In this document: one piece after another, positions 10,220 to 19,768 of the stretch
Numbering within the stretch: position 1 is the first letter of the stretch
Layout of the letters: every line of letters begins with the position of its first letter
Assembly (NCBI RefSeq): GCF_006345805.1
Contig: NW_021824036.1
Coordinates: 1-19,768 of the forward strand
From: Octopus sinensis
Taxonomy: Eukaryota
Direction: 5' to 3'
DNA: 19,768 nucleotides
Made by a program: the position numbers and the translations under genes
Notes under the pieces: model-generated
Told to the model about the DNA's origin: nothing
Seen by the model: only the letters and a program-made list of their open reading frames with translations
Database searches by the model: none

Positions 10220-10295
<76 letters not shown>

Positions 10296-10407
10296 GCCGC
10301 TGTTGGCTTTGTTTCTTTGTCTCATGTTGCTGTAGTTTATCTAACGACTATATTGTGGCGTAGGATGATTATACATCTGAAGGTTAAACAAAGAAACGTA
10401 TACAGAA

Positions 10408-10525
10408 GAACAACAGCAACAACAACAAAAGCAGCAACAACAACAACAACAACAGCAATATTAAAAGCAGCGGCAACGACGACAACTGTAACAACATCAT
10501 GGACAAAAACATCCAACAGTAACAA
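10408..10525. repeat. Degenerate (CAA/CAG)n tract
   Basis: Direct. Confidence 0.8.
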
Positions 10526-10697
10526 AAATCCACCTTAATTCAATTAACACAACGATTAATTACTACTATTTTGAAACGATCTCTGTGTGAATTTCCTGCG
10601 TAAATATCCAATTTTAGATATTTTTTCTGTGTGTTTATCTTCATGTATAAGTGAGAGCAAGAGCGTGCGTTTTCGTATATGAGTACGTCCATGTATC

Positions 10698-10928
<231 letters not shown>

Positions 10929-11549
10929 GCGGGCATGTGCGGCTTATATATCTGTGTGTGTATGTACTAAGTTCTCACGTTTGTCTTTTCTTTTTCTTCG
11001 TTTTTCTCGGCTGTTTCAATTGACTATATATATGTGACTATATATATGTGGTGTGTGTGTGTGTGTGTATTTGAATGTGTTTGAGTATGTATGAGTGTGT
11101 GTGTGTGTGTGTATGTGTTTTACGCCATATTCTGTGATGAAATGTGGCAGTGTGCACACTTATCAGATCGCTTTCATCGAACGACGGTGACGAAAGATTG
11201 AAAGCGAAGGAGATAACGAGTTAGAGAATGAACGAAAGAGCGAATGTGTGAGTACGTGAAAGAGGGAATAAGCAAACGAGCGAGTGAATGTGTGATAATC
11301 GCTGAGTTACGAAAGATAAGAAACTCTTTTCAAACGTGGAGTATGTTACTGAGATATGCCTCTTTTACCGTAAGAGTGTGTCAGGTTTTCTGCATGCCCG
11401 CATGCCTCTCTCTAGTTCTCTTTCTGCGTGTGTGTTCGTGTGTGTGTGCATATATATGTATATATAATGTATTTATTTTTCATTCCCTTCGAAGTTTTAT
11501 CCATAATAGTGGTTTGGAATTTAACTGTTCTGTCTAGCGTGCAAGGAGT

Positions 11550-11800
11550 CCTATGATGGATGCTTCTTATGTGTTTAAATGTACACTGTATTTATAGACC
11601 ACGTGTGTACCGTTGGCGATTTCTTTTCTCTGTCTTCCCTTCTCTGGATCTTTCCTTCTCCTATGTTTCCGACGAAGAGTTCCGCTCGAAACGTTAAACC
11701 ATCGTTCTTTCCTTTTTTTCCTGAGCGTCCAATAATACTATATTTGTTCCACATCCTCGCGTTGTTGTGTTTTTTTTTGCTTCTTGTTTGGATTAACTTT
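11550..11800 (+). mobile_element. Short (TA)n-tailed element with minimal hammerhead-like motif (possible Penelope-like pLTR relic); 5' boundary approximate
   Basis: GTTT-CCGACGA-A-GAG(TTCCG)CTC-GAAA-CG-TT-AAAC at 11665-11699; pyrimidine-rich flanks; loosely similar to 12956-13135. Confidence 0.55.
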
Positions 11801-11835
11801 ATACATACATATAATATATACTATATATATATATA

Positions 11836-11872
<37 letters not shown>

Positions 11873-12057
11873 TGTGGTGTGTGGTGTGTGTGTGTGTGTA
11901 CATACATATATATATATGATATATAATACACCCGCATACATACATATACATGGTGATTGTCTACGCCTTATGCAGAGTCTGACCACCTCCTGTACCTACT
12001 CCTTAGATCCACATGGCGTATGATGTGGATTTTTAAACCAGACAATGTTTTGAAAAG

Positions 12058-12125
<68 letters not shown>

Positions 12126-12497
12126 TATAATAAGCGCCTGGCCTTTCGCAGATTTTAATTTAAGAAAATTTAAGACCCAAATATAGTTAAGAAACACAAT
12201 TTTCTTGTAATGTGAAGAATTTAGTTGACTAAATGGAATCATTCGGTTGTAAAACTGGATATAATACATAACTTGCATAAATATAATAACTTAAATATAG
12301 TTTAACCAATTACGGACATCGAGCTCCCGATTTTAATATTCACGATCGCTCTGTTTTTAATGCTCCAAATATACTGTGGCAGTGAAGTAGTGCTTCAGGT
12401 CCTCGTGTTAGTCAAGGAGTAAAAGTCGTCTATGTACCTTACCTTCTGAAACTATGTTCTATATGTCCAATATAAATTCGTAGTTCTGTCTGGCAAT

Positions 12498-12511
12498 GTT
12501 ACCATGGCAAC
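12498..12511. promoter_or_regulatory. Candidate RFX X-box
   Basis: GTTACCATGGCAAC fits GTTRCCATGGYAAC, in apparently non-repeat DNA. Confidence 0.4.
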
Positions 12512-12604
12512 ATCATCGAAATTTGATTTGGTGCCAAAGGTCAAAACTGCATCACACATTTATCTTTTAAACTAACATTCTCAGAACAAATGATATTTTC
12601 ATTT

Positions 12605-12810
12605 ATCTTTTATCTTTCACTTGTTTCAATTAATAGACTGCGGTCATGCTGGGGCACCTTCTTAAAAGATTTAGTCGGCCAAGTTGACCTTAATACTTCC
12701 TTTTAAATTTTGGTACATATTCAATTGGTCATTTATACCGAACCAATAAATTACGGGAATGTAAAATCAAACCAGCACCAACGGTCAAGCGGTGAAACAA
12801 ATACAAAGAA
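12605..12810 (-). mobile_element. Family-B SINE 3' part, degenerate
   Basis: CTTGTTTCA...GACTGCGGTCATGCTGGGGCACC, reverse complement of the tail at 17278-17320. Confidence 0.75.
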
Positions 12811-12847
12811 ACACAACGCACACACACACACACATCACACACACACA

Positions 12848-12927
<80 letters not shown>

Positions 12928-12955
12928 TATATTTATGTATATCAATATGTATATA

Positions 12956-13135
12956 GATCGCTAGGCACTACACATTCATAATTTCTCTCCTTGTTTCTTT
13001 CTGTGTTCCTTTCTGTGCAAGAGCGTAGGCTCGAAACTTTAAAGCCTTTTGACTTCCGGACCTTTATACTAATACATCTATTTGTTGTCTACAACCACCT
13101 GTCTTCGTCTTTTGTTCTTTTGTGAATTATCCCCA
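12956..13135 (+). mobile_element. Second short (TA)n-embedded element with hammerhead-like motif
   Basis: CTTT-CTGTGCA-A-GAGC(GTAG)GCTC-GAAA-CT-TT-AAAG at 13009-13044; (TA)n on both sides. Confidence 0.5.
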
Positions 13136-13259
13136 TATATATATATATATACATATATATATACATACATACATACGCACACACACACATATTTATGTTT
13201 TGTACATATATGTATTGTGTGTGTGCGTGTGTATGCATGTGTCTATATGAGAGTGTTTG

Positions 13260-13480
13260 CATCCGTATTAGTTCCCCACAGGTTTGACAACCGGGGGTGG
13301 GGATATATTCTTTATTTCCCCATCACTTAAAGTTTTTGGAAAGTGTGTCGAAGAGAATAAATATCAAGCTTTAAAACAAAATAAGACAACAAGAACTGAA
13401 GTCGATTTATTCGACCAAATGTTCCTGAAGGAGGTACTCCAGCATGGCCGCAGTCTGATGACTCACTCACAACTAAAAAC
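13260..13480 (+). mobile_element. Family-B SINE 3' part, degenerate
   Basis: TTGACAACCG...CTCCAGCATGGCCGCAGTC. Confidence 0.7.
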
Positions 13481-13842
13481 AGAAACATTTTACGGTCATT
13501 CACGTAGGAAGATGCATGATCTTCACTGGATTCTTCAATTTCGTAATTGTTTGTATTAATCTTCAGACTAGACATATCTTTGTGTGTGCGCGTGTGCATC
13601 TGTGTGTGTGTGTATACACATGTATGTATTCATGTATGTATGTTGCTCAATGGTGAATCATGTTTATTATTGTTTGTTTATATACATATAAACACTTCAA
13701 AGGTGTTGTCAGTAAACTCTGTAGATTTAAGTGGTTTATACAAATACATATAGACGCGTATACACACAGGGAATTAAACACAAAAACATATGAATGTCTA
13801 TTTTTGAATGTATTTCAATCTATCTATCTACCTATCTATCTC

Positions 13843-13885
<43 letters not shown>

Positions 13886-14033
13886 GCGTGTGTGTGTATA
13901 AATGTGTGTGTGTGTGTGTGTGTGCATATCAAGAGAGATCGAACAATGAGGCATATTTTTACATCCATATTTGATGTGTTTCTATGTACGTATGTATAAT
14001 ACATAGATTACATAGATTCTATCTATGTATATG

Positions 14034-14087
<54 letters not shown>

Positions 14088-14486
14088 TACATATGTATAT
14101 ATATATATATATCGCTAATTATCTCTAATTTAATATATATATATATGCATGTATGTATGTATGTATGTATATAGATATATATATATATATATATATAGAT
14201 AACATATATATGTGTGTGGTATGTATGCATCCATACACACTCGAACACAAGTGCGCACACAGGTACACACACACACTTCCACTCTCACACACACACATGC
14301 TAGTAGGCGCCATTTAATTATCACACGTGTCAAGTAATCATGAAATGTAAATTTCGTAGCTAAATATATTCGAAAATTCAACTGATTCCACTGTGACGAT
14401 TATTCTGTGTACTTTTTAGACTTCTCATCAACATGGCGGTTATAGTCAAATGATAATTTGATAAAAACAAACTTTTAATCAAGATT

Positions 14487-14923
14487 CTGCCTAAACGCCG
14501 CTAGCTAGATAACTCGGAATAAAGAAAACAAAGGCTCGAAGAAAATAGATTAAGAGAAGCAAATTGCTGTCAGCGAGAAACACTAGAAGGGAGGCTAGAA
14601 ATTCGTGAAGAAAATAAAACGTATAGAGAGAATCATGGATTGAAAGAAATACCAGAGCAGAGCCAGTACAATCGTAGAAAACATAGCGTGGACAGCAAGT
14701 ATTAACGACAGCATTGCCTTCGGGTAGACAGAATAAGGTATGCTAACCGAATAATACTAATTTTCACTTGGAAATAATGATGTTTGGTACCTTTAGTTAT
14801 GATAGAAGTTATGGCCAGAAATCTGACAGAATCTCCTCCTGTGATTACATTTCAAAACTATGCGCCATATTGTGAAGAAAAATTAGAAGCAAGAGCAGCT
14901 GGGCGGTGCTGGATCTTGGCAAA
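14487..14923 (+). pseudogene. Probable Helitron Rep/Hel N-terminal relic
   Basis: LPKRR*LDNSE*RKQRLEENRLREANCCQRETLEGRLEIREENK... (E/R-rich STPR-like repeats), then FSYD and frameshifted C-PYC...K*KQE..G.C..GK resembling the Helitron CxxC..KWxxE..CC..GK motif. Confidence 0.45.
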
Positions 14924-15169
14924 TCTTTGTAAAAGCGGTCAAAAGCGAAATAGGATATCAATATCAGCGTGTGGTCTGTGACAAATGAGGCCTTACCAAA
15001 ACAAGCCTTCTTAATTTAGGAAAGGGGCGAGTATAAAACTGAGCGGTGGTGAGAGGCGCAAACTGGGTGACTGTACAAGTATCCTAGGGTCCAAATCTCT
15101 GATGAAGCCACATTTACGAAAATTAGGACACGGTTAACCATGATTAGAAATACATAGAAAAACCTACTT

Positions 15170-15447
15170 TTTAATTGTTTCAGTCATTTGACTGCGGCCA
15201 TGCTGGATCACCGTCTTTATAGTCGAGCAAAATCACCCTCAGAGCTTATTTTTTGTATGCCTAGTACTTATTCTATCTGTCTTTTTGCCGAACAGCTAAG
15301 TTACGGGGACTTAAACACACCAGCATCAGTAGTCAACCGATGCTGGGGTGATAGGCGACACACAAAAACACACACACACACACACACAAACACACAAACA
15401 CACCCACAAACACACACACACACACATACGCATATATATATATATAT

Positions 15448-15481
<34 letters not shown>

Positions 15482-15643
15482 CGACGGGTTTCTTCCAGTT
15501 TTCCGTCTACCAAATCCACTTAAAGGATTTGGTCGGGCCGAGGTTATAGAAGAAAGACACCTGCCCAATGTGCTACGCAGTGGGACTGAACCCGGGACCA
15601 TGTGGTTGGTAAGCAGCTACTTACCACACAGCCACTCCTGCGC
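15170..15643 (-). mobile_element. Full-length family-B tRNA-derived SINE with internal microsatellite
   Basis: Reverse complement of head GCGCAGGAGTGGCTGTGTGGTAAG...GGTTCAGTCCC, CORE-like TTGGGCAGGTGTC, internal (TA)/(TG) tract, shared tail; inverted homologue of 16929-17332. Confidence 0.9.
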
Positions 15644-15916
15644 TTATGCTTATTAACAATCGTTGCAGAAAAGGGGTCCTAAGATAAAAATAAGTCTAGT
15701 GCGACCCTTAATTTGGCTAAGAGGCATTTATGGTTGCAAAGTTCGGAGACTGATGAAATTTGAAGAGAAAATAATGTAATTGAAATTTGGGGGTATAGGA
15801 GAATATTACGAGTGTCTTACAAGAAACATTGGACAATTGGACGGGCGTTAAAACAAGTAGGTGAAAAACAACAGCTCCTGAATATGTGAAAAAACAAAAA
15901 TTCGTTTATTATGGCC

Positions 15917-16158
15917 TGTCGTATATATGTATATATATATATATGTGTGTGTTTGTCCTCCTAGCATTGCTTGACAACCGATGCTGGTGTGTGTTTACGT
16001 CCCCGTCACTTAGCCGTTCGGCAAAAGAGACCGATAGAATAAGTACTAGGCTTACAAAGAATAAGTCCCGGGGTCGATTTGCTCGACTAAAGGCGGTGCT
16101 CCAGCATGGCCGCAGTCAAATGACTGAAACAAGTAAAAGAGTAAAAAGAAAGAGAGTA
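15917..16158 (+). mobile_element. 5'-truncated family-B SINE within the RTE fragment
   Basis: Highly similar to 17081-17325; ATGGCC repeated at 15911-15916 and 16159-16164 (probable TSD). Confidence 0.9.
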
Positions 16159-16773
16159 ATGGCCATATTTGAAGAAGCAAATATCTGGTAAAAATTATCG
16201 CCTATGGAAGAGTAGAGGGCAGTAGGTCTAGATGCGATCAAAGAACGCAATGGCTAGACTATATCACCGGAGGGTCAGATACAGCAGCTGGAGAACTTGC
16301 GATTAATTGGGAAGATTTTTGTTATAGTGTCATCAGTGCAATGCATTATGTTATCAATAATGTGGGGAAGTATTATCTTGAGGAAATATGTGACTTCAAG
16401 AACAAATAAAGGCCGAAGAAGCTTAGTTATCATAGACAGAACGGATATTTCATGCCGTTTGAATGTATACAGCAGGCAATGTCTGATATAGGTCTGCTAT
16501 ACATTATTTTAAGTGGGTAAAATCGATAGGAATTTAAACATCACGGCATATAGTAATCTACTAGGAAATAAAGTGACATCATCAGCCTGTAAAAATCAAT
16601 GCTTATTTTACGGTAATTACTGTCTAATTACTCACAGCGAGATCATGTCAACAAGGCGAAAGACGTTCTCTCCCACCTAATATATATAATATATATTATA
16701 TATATATATATGCGTGAGTGTGTGTGTGTGAGTGTGTGTGTTTGTGTGTGTGTGTGTGTGGATGTATATATAA

Positions 16774-16809
<36 letters not shown>

Positions 16810-16843
16810 TGTGTGTGTGTGTGTGTATATATGTATGTATATA

Positions 16844-16916
<73 letters not shown>

Positions 16917-16928
16917 GTGTATATATGC

Positions 16929-17332
16929 ATAGTGGCTGTGTGGTAAGTAGCTTGCTAACCAACCACATGGTTCCGGGTTCAGTCCCACTGCGTGGCATCT
17001 TGGCGAGTGTTCTTCTGCTATAGCCCCGGGCCGACCAATGCCTTGTGAGTGGATTTGGTAGACGGAAAAAGAAAGAAGCCTGTCGTATATATGTATATAT
17101 ATATAGTGTGTGTGTGTGTTTGTGTTCTGTTCTGTGTTTGTCCCCTAGCATTGCTTGACAACCGATGCTGGTGTGTGTTACGTCCCCGTTACTTAGCGGT
17201 TCGGCAAAAAAAGAACGATAGAATAAGTACTGGCTTACAAAGAATAAGTCCCGGGGTCGATTTGCTCGACTAAAGGCGGTGCTCCAGCATGGCCGCAGTC
17301 AGATGACTGAAACAAGTAAAAGAGTAAACGAG
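16929..17332 (+). mobile_element. Near full-length family-B SINE
   Basis: A box TGGCTGTGTGG, B box GGTTCAGTCCC, internal (TA)/(TG), tail ...GACTGAAACAAGTAAAAGAG. Confidence 0.92.
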
Positions 17333-17447
17333 TATATATACATACATAGATATACATAAATACATATATATGTATATACTTATATGTATATATATATATG
17401 TATATATGCATTTGTATATATATATATATATGCATATGCATACATAT

Positions 17448-17606
17448 ATCGACCTCAGTACAGCTGGTACTTAGTTCAACGAACTTGAGAGAATGAAAGG
17501 CAACATCGACATTAGCGGAATTTGAACTCAGAAAGCAAAACCAGAAATATTTCGTTGCTAAGCATTTCGCCCGGTGTGCTAACGTTTTTGCCAGTTCGCC
17601 ACCTTC
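17448..17606 (-). mobile_element. Family-A SINE head and body, tail absent
   Basis: GCGGAATTTGAACTCAGAA...GCTAAGCATTTCGCCCGGTGTGCTAACG. Confidence 0.85.
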
Positions 17607-17678
17607 AACCAGCTTTATATTCTACGTTCACATGTTGCCGCAGTCAATTTTGCTTTTCACTCTCTTGGGGGGTGGGTA

Positions 17679-17780
17679 GGGGTCGATAAAATAAGTACCA
17701 GTTGCGCATTGGGGGTGCATCTAATCGACTTAATTCTCTCACTCGAAATTGTCGGTCTAGTGTGCTAAATATTGAAATAG
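17679..17780 (+). mobile_element. Family-A SINE 3' fragment
   Basis: GGGGTCGATAAAATAAGTACCAGTTGCGCA...CTAATCGACT. Confidence 0.7.
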
Positions 17781-18320
17781 TATTCCTTAACAAAACGTTA
17801 ATATGACAAGAATAGCAGTGCTTGTACTTGTGGCAGCAACGAAAATTAATTCTCAAATATGATTGTTATAGTTTTAATTAAAATTAATGCATGATTATAT
17901 TGGTTGGTTTTGTTTTTTCCACTTCTCTTTTTTATTTTAACAATAAAACCAACACTGCCATCAATAATTGCTTAAACAGCAGCAACAGTAGCAAACATAT
18001 ACGGTTTCATTTGTTAAAAGAGTATTATAGTGTCAAACTACCGCGTTTATGCATTTAACCTTTATAATTGCGATTGTCATTGAAACGACCGCTTCACGTT
18101 TACAGCTTGGAATCGAATTCAATTGGTTTTTGATCAGAAAATAGATCTTCATTTCTTGTTAATTATATATGATATCTTCGTTTTGTTCTCTTCTTACAAA
18201 ATCAGGAGTTAATTTAACTTCAACCTGTAACATGTTAATTATGAAATGCAGTTATATCCATTTACTTTCTGTTTTCGAATTCTGCCATTTTGTCGATGTG
18301 ATTGTAATTAATCTGAAGTA

Positions 18321-18762
18321 GAAAGGCGGGAAGCTAGCAAACTCGTTAGCTCACCGGACGAAATACTTAGCACCGGAATCCTTCTGGTTTTGCATTCTGA
18401 GTTCAAATTCCGCTAATGTCGACGTAGCCTTTCATTCTCTCAAGTTCGTTGGACTAAGTACCAGCTGCGTACTGAGGTCGATGTAATCGACATGTTCCCA
18501 CCCCACCCCAAAATATCAAACCTCTCACATTTAAGAGAAGGGATTATTATCAAGACTACAAGCTGAAGTTTCGTTACCATGCACGACAAAAAAGTCTAGC
18601 AGCCCTAATTCGTGGTTTAAATTCTACGTTCAAATTTCACCGAGGTCGAATTTCCCTTTCTTGCTTTCGGAGTTGATAAAATAGGTACCAGTTAAGTACT
18701 GCGTCGATGTAATTGACTGACCCTTTCACTCAAAATTTCAGGCCTTGTACCTATAGTTTAAA
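18321..18762 (+). mobile_element. Two tandem family-A SINEs inside one 16-bp TSD
   Basis: TAATTAATCTGAAGTA at 18305-18320 and 18763-18778; units ~18321-18550 and ~18551-18762. Confidence 0.85.
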
Positions 18763-19124
18763 TAATTAATCTGAAGTAAAGAATTAAACACCAGAAAAGT
18801 ACGGACCAACTTTCACAAGAAGACTAAATACATATACATTCATAACCTCTGATGTATTTGTACTCAACTAATTAATCTCGAAGCAAATAACTTCGTATAA
18901 TTATTTAAACAACTTTTCACATTCGACTGTTTTCTTCGTGTTTTAATAATTAGCTTTCCGACAGCTTGGAAGGAAGAAGTAAAGAAATATTGATCAACAT
19001 TGCAGAAGCTAAAATTAGTCGATTTGCATCACATTCGACACTGGAAGAAAGTGACCTTTTGGTTTAAACCCGTGTTCTAAATTCACAGCAAAGCAAAATA
19101 CAATGGATATAAACGCACGTATTT

Positions 19125-19248
19125 TTTTACCTTTCACCGGTTACAGTCACTGGGATGAGGCAATGTTGGGGCACCGCATTGAATTATTTAATCGAACGAA
19201 TCATATTTTCTTTGAATATCTTGTATTAATTTTATTGTACTTTCTGAC
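19125..19248 (-). mobile_element. Family-B SINE tail fragment, highly degenerate
   Basis: CAGTCACTGGGATGAGGCAATGTTGGGGCACCGC resembles the tail reverse complement. Confidence 0.5.
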
Positions 19249-19593
19249 ATATGTATGTATGTATGTATGACTGTATGCTTGCATGTATGTATGTATGTAT
19301 GTATGTATGTATGTATGTATGTATGTATGTGTATATGTATGTGTATGTATGTATGTATGTGTGTATGTTTGTATGTATGTATGTATGTATGTATGTGTGT
19401 ATGTATGTGTATGTATGTGTGTATGTATGACTGTATGCTTGCATGTATGTATGTATGTATGTATCTATGTGTGTGTGTATGTATGCATGTATGAATTTAT
19501 GTATGTATGTATGTATGTATGTATGTATGTATGTATGTATGTATGCATGCATGTATGTATGTATGTATGTGTGTATATATGAAAGTATGCATG

Positions 19594-19627
<34 letters not shown>

Positions 19628-19768
19628 TGTATGTATGACTGTATGCATGTGTGTGTATGTTTGTATGTATGTATGTATGTATGTATGTATGCATGTATGT
19701 ATGTATGTGTGTATGTATGTATGTGTGTATGTATGCGTGTATGTATGTATGTATGTATGTATGTATGT
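19249..19768. repeat. (ATGT)n array running off the window
   Basis: Direct. Confidence 0.95.

Larger units (their letters stand above)
14960..16290 (+). mobile_element. Degenerate RTE-type LINE 3' fragment in three pieces (~14960-15165, ~15645-15916, ~16159-16290)
   Basis: Colinear motifs YKY/LGS..ISDEATFTKIRTRLTM; KIKISLVRPLIWLRGIYGC...YRRILRVSY...KKQKFVYYG|HI; YGRVEGSRSRCDQRTQWLDYI. Confidence 0.8.

Noticed and set aside
10300-10400. Minus-strand acceptor TTTCTTTGTTTAACCTTCAG
   Set aside because: All three frames close within ~40 nt and no donor precedes the TAA array.
15099-15121. CTGATGA...GAAA hammerhead-like core
   Set aside because: No stem II pairing; the sequence is the SDEATFTK part of the RTE coding relic.
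16929-16995. tRNA-like sequence (also the heads at 7444, 9291, 15643)
   Set aside because: Continuous with SINE bodies and no clean cloverleaf; SINE heads, not tRNA genes.
18130-18290. Minus-strand ATG with apparent mini-intron
   Set aside because: The intron would be ~42 nt and the frames stop quickly.

Overview
Repeat-saturated, AT-rich eukaryotic DNA, probably intronic or intergenic. The SINE families and microsatellite load point to an Octopus/cephalopod genome (inference from recalled repeat families, not a search). There is no intact gene, and nearly all supplied ORFs are translated microsatellite or repeat. Supported content: (1) two oppositely oriented (TAA)n blocks holding 5'-truncated R4/Dong-type RLE retrotransposons of at least 3 lineages plus a twice-present ~550-bp non-coding unit; (2) an internally deleted mariner with 30-bp TIRs and TA duplication; (3) many tRNA-derived SINEs of two families, several with target-site duplications (TSDs) or a recurring concatemer junction; (4) an old RTE LINE fragment split by two SINEs, and a likely Helitron N-terminal relic; (5) two short (TA)n-tailed elements with a covarying minimal hammerhead-ribozyme fold. 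Also notable: a locally homogenised inverted SINE pair (17.4/18.4 kb), a consensus RFX X-box, and a candidate 23-nt microexon.
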